Shown: positions 1 through 9,077, counted from the first letter of the stretch. The stretch is 39,285 nt of DNA from Deltaproteobacteria bacterium (GCA_037133255.1 JBAXON010000001.1:1-39285), one strand, 5' to 3'. The notes: generated by a model from the letters alone, not told the origin. Numbers and translations are program-made.

Positions 1-202
1 ATGACCAATATCTATTTATCTGTCAAACAGATACTTGGTACGTATAGCAGGAAGATATGTCTGCCTTCACGCTTTTATTTCCTCCTGTAAAGCTTCATCC
101 TATGTTTAAGTGTCATGAACATTCTAAGCTCAGAAATTATTCCCGGTTGCCCATAATAGCCCGGTTGCTACGGATGATGGCAGCACATTCCTAAAATATG
201 TA

Positions 203-1864
203 TCAGTCCTTAAAAATTGCCCCCGTTGATGCGGAAGTCACCAGCTTAGCGTAGCGTGCCAGATAACCTATGGTGATTGCCGGTTGCTTCGGCTTCCACG
301 CCGCTTTGCGCCTGGCTAATTCCTCATCACTAACTTTCAAATTCAGCTTTTTGGCCGGAATATCGATGGCGATGATATCGCCTTCTTTCACCAGCGCGAT
401 AGGGCCGCCTTCGGCTGCTTCGGGTGAGATATGACCAATTGCCGCGCCTTGCGTGCCACCACTGAAACGGCCGTCAGTCAAAAGAGCCACTGTTTTATCC
501 AGTCCCATACCAACTATCGCTGATGTGGGTGAGAGCATTTCTCTCATCCCCGGGCCGCCTTTGGGGCCTTCGTAACGGATAACTACAATATCACCGCCTT
601 TAATTTTTCCATCCATAATCGCGGCAATTGCGTCATCTTCACAATCAAACACGCGGGCTTTGCCATCGTTTACCTGCATCGGCTGAGCCACCGCGGATTG
701 TTTCACCACCGCCCCGTCCGGCGCGAGATTGCCGCGTAAAATGGCAATGCCGCCTTGTTGTGAGTAGGGATTTTTCAATGGGCGGATGACTTCGTTATCT
801 AAAACACGGGCGGCCTTTAAATTAGCGCCAACAGTTTTACCGGTGACGGTGATTGCTTTATCATCAATGACACCAAGGGTACTAATCACTTTCATCACGG
901 CCTGAATGCCCCCTGCCGTATCCAGATCTTCAATATGGTGATGACCTGCGGGACTCAGTTTGCAAAGATTCGGAGTTTTCTCACTGATTTTGTTAAATAG
1001 GTTCAAATCGAGCTGAATTCCCGCCTCATGGGCGATGGCGGGAATATGCAAAACAGTATTGGTGGAACAGCCCAGCGCCATATCCACAGCAATGGCGTTT
1101 TTGAAAGCGGCAAGCGTGCAGATATCGCGCGGCTTGATTCCCTTCTTGAGCAAATCCATTATTTTCATGCCAGCATGTTTGGCCAGGCGGTGACGGGCAG
1201 CCAGCACCGCAGGAATAGTTCCATGGCCAGGCAACCCCAAACCCAATGCTTCTGTGACACAGTTCATGGAGTTGGCCGTGTACATGCCGGAACAGGATCC
1301 GCAGCCCGGGCAGGCGCAATCTTCCAGTTGCTTTAACGCGGCAGCGGTCATCTTTTTGGCTTTGACAGCGCCGACACCTTCAAAAACACTAATGAGGTCA
1401 ACGGCCTTACCGTGAAGTTTTCCTGCCAGCATCGGTCCGCCGCTGATAAAAATAGCGGGGATATTGAGGCGCAGCGCGGCCATGAGCATGCCCGGAATAA
1501 TCTTATCGCAGTTAGGGATGAAAACAAGCGCGTCAAAAGGATGAGCCATTGCCATGATCTCAATGGAATCGGCAATCAGCTCGCGGCTGGCAAGCGAATA
1601 TTTCATGCCGGCATGTCCCATCGCGATGCCATCGCAAACACCGATTACCGGAAATTCCACCGGTGTTCCTCCAGCCATGCGGATTCCCGCTTTGACATCC
1701 TGGGTAATTAAATCCAGCTGGATGTGTCCGGGAATGATTTCATTTGCCGAATTGACCACACCGATCAGTGGCCTGGCAATTTCTTCATCCGTGTAGCCCA
1801 TCGCCTTAAAAAGCGAACGATGTGGCGCCCGCTCAAAACCCTTTTTCATGAGATCGCTTCTCAT
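203..1864 (-). CDS. ilvD: dihydroxy-acid dehydratase
   Basis: 553-aa ORF with full-length IlvD/Edd character. Motifs seen: [12 protein letters not shown], Cys-rich Fe-S region [27 protein letters not shown]. It is the last gene of the ilvB-N-C-D string. Confidence 0.97.
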   Translation of the reverse strand: MRSDLMKKGFERAPHRSLFKAMGYTDEEIARPLIGVVNSANEIIPGHIQLDLITQDVKAGIRMAGGTPVEFPVIGVCDGIAMGHAGMKYSLASRELIADSIEIMAMAHPFDALVFIPNCDKIIPGMLMAALRLNIPAIFISGGPMLAGKLHGKAVDLISVFEGVGAVKAKKMTAAALKQLEDCACPGCGSCSGMYTANSMNCVTEALGLGLPGHGTIPAVLAARHRLAKHAGMKIMDLLKKGIKPRDICTLAAFKNAIAVDMALGCSTNTVLHIPAIAHEAGIQLDLNLFNKISEKTPNLCKLSPAGHHHIEDLDTAGGIQAVMKVISTLGVIDDKAITVTGKTVGANLKAARVLDNEVIRPLKNPYSQQGGIAILRGNLAPDGAVVKQSAVAQPMQVNDGKARVFDCEDDAIAAIMDGKIKGGDIVVIRYEGPKGGPGMREMLSPTSAIVGMGLDKTVALLTDGRFSGGTQGAAIGHISPEAAEGGPIALVKEGDIIAIDIPAKKLNLKVSDEELARRKAAWKPKQPAITIGYLARYAKLVTSASTGAIFKD

Positions 1865-1875
1865 TGTCTTCTCCC

Positions 1876-2931
1876 TTATTTCTTTCTTCTATCCGGTCTC
1901 AGTGCGCGCACGGCGGCACCTGCCTGCCACAATTCGGAGTCCCGTATTTCTTTGAGTTCTTCCTCCAATTTTACCCGATAGTCTGGAGCGCTGTTGGCTT
2001 TAAGAGAAATAGCCGTTTCTTTGCCTGTGGCAACAGCATCGTAAAGTTCGGCAAATACAGGTTCCACGGCTTTGCGGAATTTAGGCCGCCAATCCAGCGC
2101 CCCTCTTTGCGCAGTCGTTGAGCAATTAGCGTACATCCAATCCATGCCGTTTTCCGCCACCAGGCGAATCAGGCTTTGAGTCAATTCTTCGACTGTTTCG
2201 TTGAAGGCTTCGCTGGGTGTGTGGCCATGTTTACGCAATTCAGCGTATTGCGCCTCCATCATGCCGGCCAGCGCGCCCATCAGCACGCCACGCTCACCGG
2301 TCAAATCGCTGTACACTTCCATCTGGAAAGTGGTCGGAAAAAGGAACCCGGAACCAATAGCAATACCCAGTGCAATTGTTCTTTCCATAGCGCGACCGGT
2401 TGCATCCTGATGCACGGCAATGCTTGAGTTAATGCCGCTGCCGTCAAGAAAATTACGGCGGACTGATGTGCCGGAACCTTTAGGAGCAACTAAAATAACA
2501 TCCACAAAATCAGGCGGAACGACACCTGTTTGCTCTTTATACACAATGGAGAAGCCATGGGAAAAATAAAGAGCGTCGCCTTTTTTCAGATTTTCCTTAA
2601 TCCTGGGCCAGATCATCATCTGGGCGGCATCGGAAACCAGATACTGAATAACTGTACCACGCTTTACTGCTTCTTCAATGGAGAAAAGAGTTTTCCCGGG
2701 CACCCAACCATCGGCTATAGCCTTGTCCCAGGTCTTTTTATTTTCTTCACGTTGTCCGATGATAACATTGATGCCGTTATCTTTCATATTAAAAGCCTGT
2801 GCCGGACCCTGAACACCGTAACCGATCACCGCCACTATTTCATTTTTTAAAACTTCCTGAGCTTTTTTCAGAGAAAACTCTTCCGACGTGATGACATCTT
2901 CCAGAACGCCGCCAAAACTAATTTTTGCCAT
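1876..2931 (-). CDS. ilvC: ketol-acid reductoisomerase (class I)
   Basis: 351-aa ORF. Nucleotide-binding motif [17 protein letters not shown] is present. It ends 11 nt upstream of ilvD. Confidence 0.95.
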   Translation of the reverse strand: MAKISFGGVLEDVITSEEFSLKKAQEVLKNEIVAVIGYGVQGPAQAFNMKDNGINVIIGQREENKKTWDKAIADGWVPGKTLFSIEEAVKRGTVIQYLVSDAAQMMIWPRIKENLKKGDALYFSHGFSIVYKEQTGVVPPDFVDVILVAPKGSGTSVRRNFLDGSGINSSIAVHQDATGRAMERTIALGIAIGSGFLFPTTFQMEVYSDLTGERGVLMGALAGMMEAQYAELRKHGHTPSEAFNETVEELTQSLIRLVAENGMDWMYANCSTTAQRGALDWRPKFRKAVEPVFAELYDAVATGKETAISLKANSAPDYRVKLEEELKEIRDSELWQAGAAVRALRPDRRKK

Positions 2932-2948
2932 AATAACCCCCTATGATT

Positions 2949-3023
2949 TTAATGAGACTCCAATTACGAAAGCGAATAACCTGAAGGTCACTATAGGCGT
3001 ATCGTAATTGGTAAGTCGAATTA
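2949..3023 (+). repeat. family-I hairpin repeat, copy R1, carrying internal module M
   Basis: Structure is TTAATGAGACTC + stem CCAATTACGA (2961-2970) / TCGTAATTGG (3002-3011) + GTAAGTCGAATTA. The loop holds TAACCTGAAGGTCA (2977-2990). The same architecture occurs at 5417-5523 and 31136-31292. It lies in the ilvN-ilvC spacer, antisense to the operon. Confidence 0.75.
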
Positions 3024-3053
3024 CCCACGCACGAAGCTGCGTGGGATGATAAT

Positions 3054-3539
3054 TTAATTTTCCAAGTTCAACGCAATAATCCCGGTTCTTGTTATATCTG
3101 CGATCCCGAGCGGCGCCAGACGCGCAAGAGCGAAATCAATTTGCGACTTATCGCCGGTTATTTCCAGGATCAAATATGTGTCCGCGGACACTATTACTTT
3201 CCATTTGTTTGTGTCAACGGCTTTCTTTATTTGCTCTTTTCTGTCGGCTGTTAAATTCAGGCGGACAAGAATTAGTTCACGATGAATTGATTCCACATTG
3301 GTTAAATCATCGACGGTAATGACATCAACAAGCCTTTGCAATTGGTTTTCAATACGGGTCACAGTCTCCTGAGAGCCCACGGTAGTCATAACTATTTTTG
3401 ATATTTCGTATTGAGTTGTCGCATTCACGCAGAGGCTTTCGATGTTATAGCCTTTACCGCCCAACGTTCCGGCAATTCGGGCCAACACGTCCGGCTTGTT
3501 GTGAACAAGTATTGAAATTATATGTTCCTTTTTTTCCAT
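3054..3539 (-). CDS. ilvN: acetolactate synthase small (regulatory) subunit
   Basis: 161-aa ORF. N-terminal ACT domain ISILVHNKPDVLARIAGTLGGKGYNIESL. It sits 23 nt downstream of ilvB. Confidence 0.93.
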   Translation of the reverse strand: MEKKEHIISILVHNKPDVLARIAGTLGGKGYNIESLCVNATTQYEISKIVMTTVGSQETVTRIENQLQRLVDVITVDDLTNVESIHRELILVRLNLTADRKEQIKKAVDTNKWKVIVSADTYLILEITGDKSQIDFALARLAPLGIADITRTGIIALNLEN

Positions 3540-3562
3540 TTTCTATCACCTCTATACAAAAA

Positions 3563-5266
3563 TTAGTTGATCATTTCTCTGCTACCCAACGACATATTGC
3601 TGATTGAATCTCCCGGATGCACCATGGGATATACGCATTCTTCACGTGATACCCGAAAATCCATTAGCACCGGGCAATTCAGCGATAGCCCCTGTTTGAG
3701 AACAGATTCCACATCTTCCGGTTTAGTAGCACGCAAACCGACAACGCCGAATGCTTCGGCCAGTTTCACAAAGTCAGGGGCGTAAGTCATATCTGTGTGC
3801 GAATAGCGTTTTTCGTAAAACAATTCCTGCCACTGGCGAACCATTCCCAGGTAACCATTGTTCAAAAGGACTATTTTTACATTAATTTTGTGTTGCGCGG
3901 CAGTGGCTAGTTCCTGTATATTCATCTGGATGCTGCCATCACCGGCTATATCCACCACCTGTTTATCAGGGAATGCGCATTTGACGCCAATTGCCGCAGG
4001 CAACCCAAAACCCATCGTTCCCAATCCGCCCGAAGTAATGAAAGTATTGGGATGATCAAAAGGAAAAAACTGCGCCGTCCACATCTGATTTTGGCCGACT
4101 TCGGTAGTTATAATCGCGTCGCCTTTCGTTAATTTGTGCAGCGTTTCAATTACCTGCTGCGGCTTAATTTCCTTACCGTTTTGACAATATGTCAGCGGTA
4201 CATTTTCCTTCCACTTAGCAATCTGTCCTAGCCATTCCTGCCTCTCCTCTGTTGCCTGCGCATAATTGTGCTCGGCTAAGAAATTGATCATATCCGTAAG
4301 TGTTGATTTTGTATCCCCGATTATCGGCAAATCAACAACAACATTTCTATTAATGGAAGAAGGATCAATATCAATTTGGACAATCTTGGCGTTGGCGGCA
4401 AATGTTTCAATGGTGCCTGTGACTCTATCGTCAAATCTGACGCCAACGGCAATAAGCAAATCACAGTGGCTGATGGCCATATTTGCATAATAAGTACCGT
4501 GCATCCCCAGCATGCCCAACCACAGCGGATCGCTTCCCGGAAAAGAGCCAAGACCCATCAAGGTGCCTGTAACGGGAATCTGGTATTTTCTGGCAAGTTC
4601 AGTAAGCAACGCTGAGGCCTTGCCAAGGATAACGCCGCCGCCGGTCATAAATAAAGGTTTTTTAGCAGCACTCAACATTTCAAAGACGTTGGCCATCTTC
4701 TTGGGGGCCGGTTTATGCGCCACTTCGTAATTGCGGATTTTTATATTGGCCGGATCATAATCTGTTTCCGCGGCCATCACATTTTTGGGCAAGTCAATAA
4801 GAACCGGTCCCGGCCTTCCCGAACGGGCAATATGAAACGCTTCTTTAATCGTCGTCGCCAGATCCTCAATGCTGCGCACCAGAAAATTATGCTTGGTGCA
4901 GGGACGTGTTATGCCTGTGATATCGCATTCCTGAAAAGCATCATTGCCGATAAGCCCCGTGGGAACTTGCCCTGTAAATACGACAAGCGGGATGGAATCC
5001 ATATTTGCCGTGGCAATGCCGGTAACTGTATTAGTGGCGCCGGGGCCTGATGTAACCAGGCACACACCAACTTTTCCGGTAGCGCGGGCATAGCCGTCAG
5101 CGGCATGCACTGCCCCTTGTTCATGGCGGACTAAAATGTGTTTCATTGTGCTTTTATAAAGCTGATCGTAAATGTCCAGGACGGCTCCGCCAGGATACCC
5201 GAAGATTATATCAACTTTTTCTTCTTCCAGTGCCTTAAGCAGTATTTGTGTTCCTTTTAACTTCAT
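3563..5266 (-). CDS. ilvB: acetolactate synthase large (catalytic) subunit
   Basis: 567-aa thiamine-diphosphate enzyme. Motifs: GYPGGAVLDIYD and the ThDP motif GDGSIQMNIQELATA...NNGYLGMVRQWQ. SD GGAGGG lies 8 nt upstream of the ATG. Confidence 0.96.
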   Translation of the reverse strand: MKLKGTQILLKALEEEKVDIIFGYPGGAVLDIYDQLYKSTMKHILVRHEQGAVHAADGYARATGKVGVCLVTSGPGATNTVTGIATANMDSIPLVVFTGQVPTGLIGNDAFQECDITGITRPCTKHNFLVRSIEDLATTIKEAFHIARSGRPGPVLIDLPKNVMAAETDYDPANIKIRNYEVAHKPAPKKMANVFEMLSAAKKPLFMTGGGVILGKASALLTELARKYQIPVTGTLMGLGSFPGSDPLWLGMLGMHGTYYANMAISHCDLLIAVGVRFDDRVTGTIETFAANAKIVQIDIDPSSINRNVVVDLPIIGDTKSTLTDMINFLAEHNYAQATEERQEWLGQIAKWKENVPLTYCQNGKEIKPQQVIETLHKLTKGDAIITTEVGQNQMWTAQFFPFDHPNTFITSGGLGTMGFGLPAAIGVKCAFPDKQVVDIAGDGSIQMNIQELATAAQHKINVKIVLLNNGYLGMVRQWQELFYEKRYSHTDMTYAPDFVKLAEAFGVVGLRATKPEDVESVLKQGLSLNCPVLMDFRVSREECVYPMVHPGDSISNMSLGSREMIN

Positions 5267-5356
5267 ATCTTACGCCCTCCGGAGTATATGCTTTAAATAG
5301 TAATCTTACGCTAAATCCCGCTACGCTTTTGAAAGTTGAGTCTCAGATCCGACTAA

Positions 5357-5377
5357 GTCGCAGATACCCTTCAGGGT
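5357..5377 (-). repeat. module M copy in the ilvB 5' UTR
   Basis: The minus strand reads ACCCTGAAGGGTATCTGCGAC. Compare AACCTAAAGGTCATCTGCGAC inside prmC (17582-17602) and the split copy at 31225-31266. Confidence 0.55.
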
Positions 5378-5416
5378 GCTGCGCTTCGGGGATATCCCAA
5401 GGCCTTCGGCTAGGGA

Positions 5417-5471
5417 TAATTCAACTTGCAGATATTACTGCACTACGTTTGTAATATCTGAGTTTCATTAA
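5417..5471 (-). repeat. family-I hairpin repeat, copy R3
   Basis: The minus strand reads TTAATGAAACTC AGATATTAC aaacgtagtgca GTAATATCT GCAAGTTGAATTA. The P2 pair is AAC/GTT, where R1 has GAC/GTC. Confidence 0.7.
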
Positions 5472-5523
5472 TTCGGCTTACGAATTTCAGCGCACTGCGT
5501 TTCTGAAATTCGAGTCTCATTAA
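5468..5523 (-). repeat. family-I hairpin repeat, copy R2
   Basis: The minus strand reads TTAATGAGACTC GAATTTCAG aaacgcagtgcg CTGAAATTC GTAAGCCGAATTAA. It shares its TTAA end with R3 and abuts the attenuator terminator. Confidence 0.7.
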
Positions 5524-5556
5524 AAAAGCCGCTGTTTTTTTCAAAAAGCGGCTTTG
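5519..5556 (-). terminator. intrinsic terminator of the ilv attenuator
   Basis: Minus-strand RNA is AAAGCCGCU-loop-AGCGGCUUU (5555-5547 pairs with 5533-5525), followed by a U6 run. Confidence 0.75.
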
Positions 5557-5646
5557 TTGACAAAATAACAAAGCCGCAGACTTTTCGGGGTCTGCGGCTT
5601 GTATCTTTTATTTTTGTTTCCTAAAGATACAGAGCGGCAGACCCCG
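5525..5646 (-). promoter_or_regulatory. leader-peptide attenuator: alternative hairpins S1:S2, S2:S3, S3:S4 (antiterminator), S4:S5 (terminator)
   Basis: Two perfect 11-bp stems: 5571-5581/5590-5600 and 5548-5558/5567-5577. One 9-bp stem: 5525-5533/5547-5555. One 13-of-14 pairing: 5633-5646 with 5586-5599. Adjacent structures share arms. Confidence 0.7.
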
Positions 5647-5722
5647 TAAGTACGACTACTACCAGTACTAATACGCTGGGCAGTATCTGTGTTATGCCAC
5701 CTTCTAAAGCTTTAAGAAACAT
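5621..5722 (-). CDS. ilv operon leader peptide (33 aa, Val/Leu-rich)
   Basis: Hand translation gives MFLKALEGGITQILPSVLVLVVVVLTGSAALYL, ending in TAG. SD AGGAAG lies 5 nt upstream. Nine consecutive Val/Leu codons occupy positions 17-25. The ORF is too short for the ORF track. Confidence 0.7.
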   Translation of the reverse strand: MFLKALEGGITQILPSVLVLVVVVLTGSAALYL

Positions 5723-5771
5723 AATTTCTTCCTGTTGAATTTTTTATTCTTTTACCGATAAACAAATTATT

Positions 5772-5791
5772 TGTCAAGTGTCATTATAACA
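5772..5791 (-). promoter_or_regulatory. candidate promoter for the ilv leader
   Basis: The minus strand has an extended -10, TGTTATAAT (5791-5783). A TTGACA follows at 5777-5772, with a weak TAAAAG 17 nt further downstream. Which element is used cannot be decided from sequence. Confidence 0.4.
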
Positions 5792-6226
5792 TTATCGGAA
5801 TAAATCTTCTTTTTCTTCAGTCATACTGCCAGACTTTTCTTTCGGCGGCGCACTATCCAGGAAAGCTTCGTAAATTGCTCCCTTGTCTGAGCTGCCAGCC
5901 ACCAGGCCTGTTTTGGGATCAACCTTGACAAAGACTATTCCTTCAGGCGTGGGGAAAGCCTCTACCGGTGAATGTTGCAGAGCCTTTTCCATAAAATAAA
6001 GCCAAACAGGCGCTGCCGCCCTTCCGCCCACCTCATTTTTCCCCAAAGTTGTTTCCTGATCAAATCCGATCCAAACTCCCGCAATGAGCGATGGGGTAAA
6101 CCCGATGAACCAGGCATCGCGAATATCGTTGGTAGTTCCGGTCTTTCCTGCAACCGGACGGCCTAAGCCCCTTACCCGACGGCCTGTGCCGCTTTCAACA
6201 ACATCACGCATAACGTAAGATGTCAT
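5792..6226 (-). pseudogene. mrcA: C-terminal remainder of PBP1A (KTG box, AGKTGTT)
   Basis: This ORF is in the same reading frame as ORF 6272-7825. The frame is open from 6271 down to 5795 and reads TIVKSDQVIDARIAFMTSYVMRDVVESGTG... directly after the TAG at 6272-6274. Confidence 0.85.
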
Positions 6227-6271
6227 AAAGGCAATACGCGCGTCAATAACTTGATCTGATTTTACTATCGT

Positions 6272-7825
6272 CTATTCAAATACAGAGCAGGTCCGATCAA
6301 CAATTTTCTTAATGAAAAAAGGAGTAACTTTTTTACCACCGTTTGCCAAAACACCGTAGGCGTTGACGAGTTCCTGCAAGGTAACTCCTGATGATCCCAG
6401 CGCAAGTGACAAGTTGCGGCCGACCGGCGAGGTTATGCCCATGTTCTCTGCGTAAGATGCGGCATATTCGACACCGATTTCCTGTAAAATTTTGATAGTA
6501 ACAATATTACGGGATTGAACAAGCGCCGTGCGCATCGTAATCGGCCCAAGAAATTTGTCATCAAAATTTTTCGGTTTCCAGAGCCCGTCATCTTGGGACG
6601 GATCTTCAATGACAATAGGTGAATCTATAAATCGCGTTGAGGGATTCATTCCTTTATCAAATGCGGCAGTATAAATAAGCGGTTTAAAGGCGGAACCGGC
6701 CTGACGGCGGGATTGGGTAGCGCGGTTGAATTCACTTTTACTGAAATCACGGCCGCCAACCATAGCGCGAATGGCTCCTGTTTTTACATCCATGCAATAA
6801 ATCGCCCCTTGAACAAGCCCGCGTTCATACTTTTCTCTGTCTTCCAGTTCTGAGAGACCTTTTTCCAGGGCGTCCCGCGCTGCTTCTTGCGCCTCCAGAT
6901 TCAATGTTGTATAGATAGAAAGACCTTCTTTGTACAGGACGTCAGCCCCGTATTTTTCCTGAACATAACGACGAACGTGCTCCACAAAATAAGCGGCTAT
7001 TTTATCTTTTGGCTTAATATCGCGCAACATCAGGGGAACATTAACCGCCCTGTCCATTTCTTCTTGTGTTATATATTTATCTTCCACCATACGCGAAAGA
7101 ACGTATGCCTGCCGCTGTTTTGATCTTTCAAAATAGAGAAAAGGCGAATAAGTACTTGGCGCTTTGGGCAGTCCGGCAAGCATTGCTGCTTCCGGCAGAG
7201 TCAGCTCTTTTGAGCTTTTCCCGAAGTAACCAAATGATGCTGATTCTATTCCGTAAGTGCCATGCCCTAGATAAATCTGGTTTAAATATAAACTTAAGAT
7301 TTCATCTTTAGTCAGATATCTATCTATTTTATAAGAGAGAATCGCCTCTTTGATTTTTCTGATATATTTTTTTTCGGGTGACAAATATATAAGCTTAGCA
7401 ACTTGCTGCGTAATGGTACTGCCGCCCTGCACAATGTATCCGGCTTCAAAATTCTTAAACAGCGCGCGAAAAATGCTTTGTACGTCAAAACCTTTATGCT
7501 GATAAAAGCGTGAATCTTCTGCGGCGATAAAAGCATCCTTAACTGCTTTTGGAATCTCTGGCAGCGTGATAATTTTTCTATCTTCAAGAAAGAAATCATC
7601 AATCCGTTTGTTGTTTTCGTCATAAACACTGGAAGCAATGATGGGGCGGTAATCCTTCAGAGTGTCAATTCCCGGAAGATCAATTGTTATCGCGTAGTAG
7701 GTTATCGTTCCACCTATTGTTACAACCAGGATTAAAACAATTAAGCCAAGTAATTTGGCAATAATCCTCTTGTGCTTTTTCGCTTCTTGTAATTCATAAT
7801 CATCTTGGCTTATTACAGGCATCAT
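6272..7825 (-). CDS. mrcA: penicillin-binding protein 1A (GT51 glycosyltransferase + transpeptidase), cut short by an in-frame TAG
   Basis: N-terminal TM helix. GT51 motifs EDSRFYQHKGFD and GGSTITQQ. Transpeptidase motifs SAFK (SxxK) and SRN (SxN). The KTG box falls after the stop codon. Confidence 0.9.
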   Translation of the reverse strand: MMPVISQDDYELQEAKKHKRIIAKLLGLIVLILVVTIGGTITYYAITIDLPGIDTLKDYRPIIASSVYDENNKRIDDFFLEDRKIITLPEIPKAVKDAFIAAEDSRFYQHKGFDVQSIFRALFKNFEAGYIVQGGSTITQQVAKLIYLSPEKKYIRKIKEAILSYKIDRYLTKDEILSLYLNQIYLGHGTYGIESASFGYFGKSSKELTLPEAAMLAGLPKAPSTYSPFLYFERSKQRQAYVLSRMVEDKYITQEEMDRAVNVPLMLRDIKPKDKIAAYFVEHVRRYVQEKYGADVLYKEGLSIYTTLNLEAQEAARDALEKGLSELEDREKYERGLVQGAIYCMDVKTGAIRAMVGGRDFSKSEFNRATQSRRQAGSAFKPLIYTAAFDKGMNPSTRFIDSPIVIEDPSQDDGLWKPKNFDDKFLGPITMRTALVQSRNIVTIKILQEIGVEYAASYAENMGITSPVGRNLSLALGSSGVTLQELVNAYGVLANGGKKVTPFFIKKIVDRTCSVFE

Positions 7826-7836
7826 TTCACCATTTA

Positions 7837-8595
7837 CTATTCATTATTTGTAATTTCAGAATCCACTTTTTTCTTTCCGGCAAATTTCGTGATGAATATA
7901 CTCACTTCATAAAGAAACATCAAGGGTATTGCCATTAATACCTGACTTAACGCATCGGGTGAAGGAGTCAAAATCGCCGCCACTATAAAAATAACTAAAA
8001 TCGCGTACTTTCTTTGTCGAGCAAGCATTGAAGAATTTACTATTCCCAACTTGGCCAGAAAAAACATAAATACAGGTAATTCAAACGATAAACCAAATCC
8101 TAGCAAAAAAGTCACGAAAAGAGAAATGTAATCACTAAATGAAATCAGTGACTGCAGATACTGGTTATTGAAGCTGACAAAAAATTCAAAGGCCGGAGGT
8201 AGTGCTACAAAATAGCCGAACAAAACACCACTGACAAAGAGTAATGTAGAGAAAAATACAAAAGGCAGCACATATTTTTTTTCCTTCGAATGCAGCGCCG
8301 GTGAGATGAATTTCCATATTTGATAAATAATTAAGGGACAGGTGATGATCAGCGATGCAAAAAATGCTAACTTCATATAGACGAAAAATGCTTCTGTCAG
8401 CCCCGTATAAATCAAATAACTTTTTTGGGGCAGGACGCGTACCAGCGGCCTGGTTACAATATCGAAAATGAAGTCCTTATAATAATAACAGGCGCCAAAA
8501 CCAACAAGCAGGATAATTACGCTGCGGACAAGTCTTTTGCGCAGTTCCATTAAATGGTCTGTCAGGGACATTTTGTGATCTTCAATAGTTTCCAT
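7837..8595 (-). CDS. tatC: twin-arginine translocase subunit TatC
   Basis: 252-aa polytopic membrane ORF. It has the typical TatC N-terminus (MSLTDHLMELRKRL) and six hydrophobic segments. Confidence 0.92.
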   Translation of the reverse strand: METIEDHKMSLTDHLMELRKRLVRSVIILLVGFGACYYYKDFIFDIVTRPLVRVLPQKSYLIYTGLTEAFFVYMKLAFFASLIITCPLIIYQIWKFISPALHSKEKKYVLPFVFFSTLLFVSGVLFGYFVALPPAFEFFVSFNNQYLQSLISFSDYISLFVTFLLGFGLSFELPVFMFFLAKLGIVNSSMLARQRKYAILVIFIVAAILTPSPDALSQVLMAIPLMFLYEVSIFITKFAGKKKVDSEITNNE

Positions 8596-8649
8596 AAATA
8601 TGTGTAGTTATTTTCTCAATTTACAAAGTCGGGGAAGATTCTTTGAGGA

Positions 8650-8922
8650 TTATTTGTTCGCTTCATTTTTGGTTGGATCCGGGCCTGCTTCTTCTTCAAC
8701 AGTCTTTTTCAACAAAAGCGAATCTTTCAGCCCATCATCATCTCTTTTCTCATCTTCTTTCAGAGTTTCTTTGAGGTCATCGGTCATTCCATCCGTTGCC
8801 CTTTTGAATTCACTAAAACCTTTGCCCAGGGTTTTAGCCAAGTCCGGCAGTTTTTTTGGGCCAACGATGATCAGAGCTATTATAGCTATTATAATAAGCT
8901 CTTGCATACCGATGCCAAACAT
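8650..8922 (-). CDS. tatA: twin-arginine translocase TatA/E-family subunit
   Basis: 90 aa. N-terminal TM helix plus hinge: [42 protein letters not shown]. Acidic C-terminal tail. Confidence 0.9.
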   Translation of the reverse strand: MFGIGMQELIIIAIIALIIVGPKKLPDLAKTLGKGFSEFKRATDGMTDDLKETLKEDEKRDDDGLKDSLLLKKTVEEEAGPDPTKNEANK

Positions 8923-9077
8923 TGATTATCAACTCCTCTTAAAAATGTATCATTACCCTATATATTGAATCCTGTTTTTGTCAATGTTTTTTGCGAGCAC
9001 TGTTTTTTGCTAGCGCAATTAGTAAAGGGCAGATCGAATATCAGGTTGATTCCGTTGTAATATGCTCCCCGTGCTTA

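Noticed and set aside
142-168. Direct repeat CCCGGTTGC (142-150 and 160-168) downstream of ilvD
   Set aside because: It is too short and isolated to interpret. I could define no ORF, terminator or RNA gene in 1-202.
3024-3045. 8-bp hairpin CCCACGCA-cgaagc-TGCGTGGG between ilvN and ilvC as an internal terminator
   Set aside because: No U-tract follows it on the transcribed (minus) strand. It directly abuts repeat R1, so it is more likely part of the repeat mosaic or an mRNA-stability element.
6272-6274. The in-frame TAG in PBP1A as evidence for amber recoding (pyrrolysine or a reassigned stop)
   Set aside because: - Ten other protein genes in the window end in TAG where their homologues are expected to end: tatC, the 90-aa membrane protein, HDAC 9539-10594, the GNAT, murA, DUF362, the polyferredoxin, the caspase, amt and the porin.
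- Read-through at 10592 would fuse the HDAC to gatC, because they share a frame.
- Read-through at 21686 would fuse DUF362 to the polyferredoxin.
- No pyl genes are present in the window.
- I did notice back-up stops directly after three TAGs: TAG-TAA at 7834-7839 and 9075-9080, and TAG-TAG at 34231-34236. Three of ten is too small a sample to argue for leaky TAG.
8975-9035. A possible degenerate family-II element (TTTGTCAATG...TTGCGAGCA...TGCTAGCGCAATTAG) and a tatA promoter
   Set aside because: The similarity to family II is weak, and the promoter hexamers (TTGACA-N16-TATAGG on the minus strand) are only moderate. I recorded it but do not report it as a feature.
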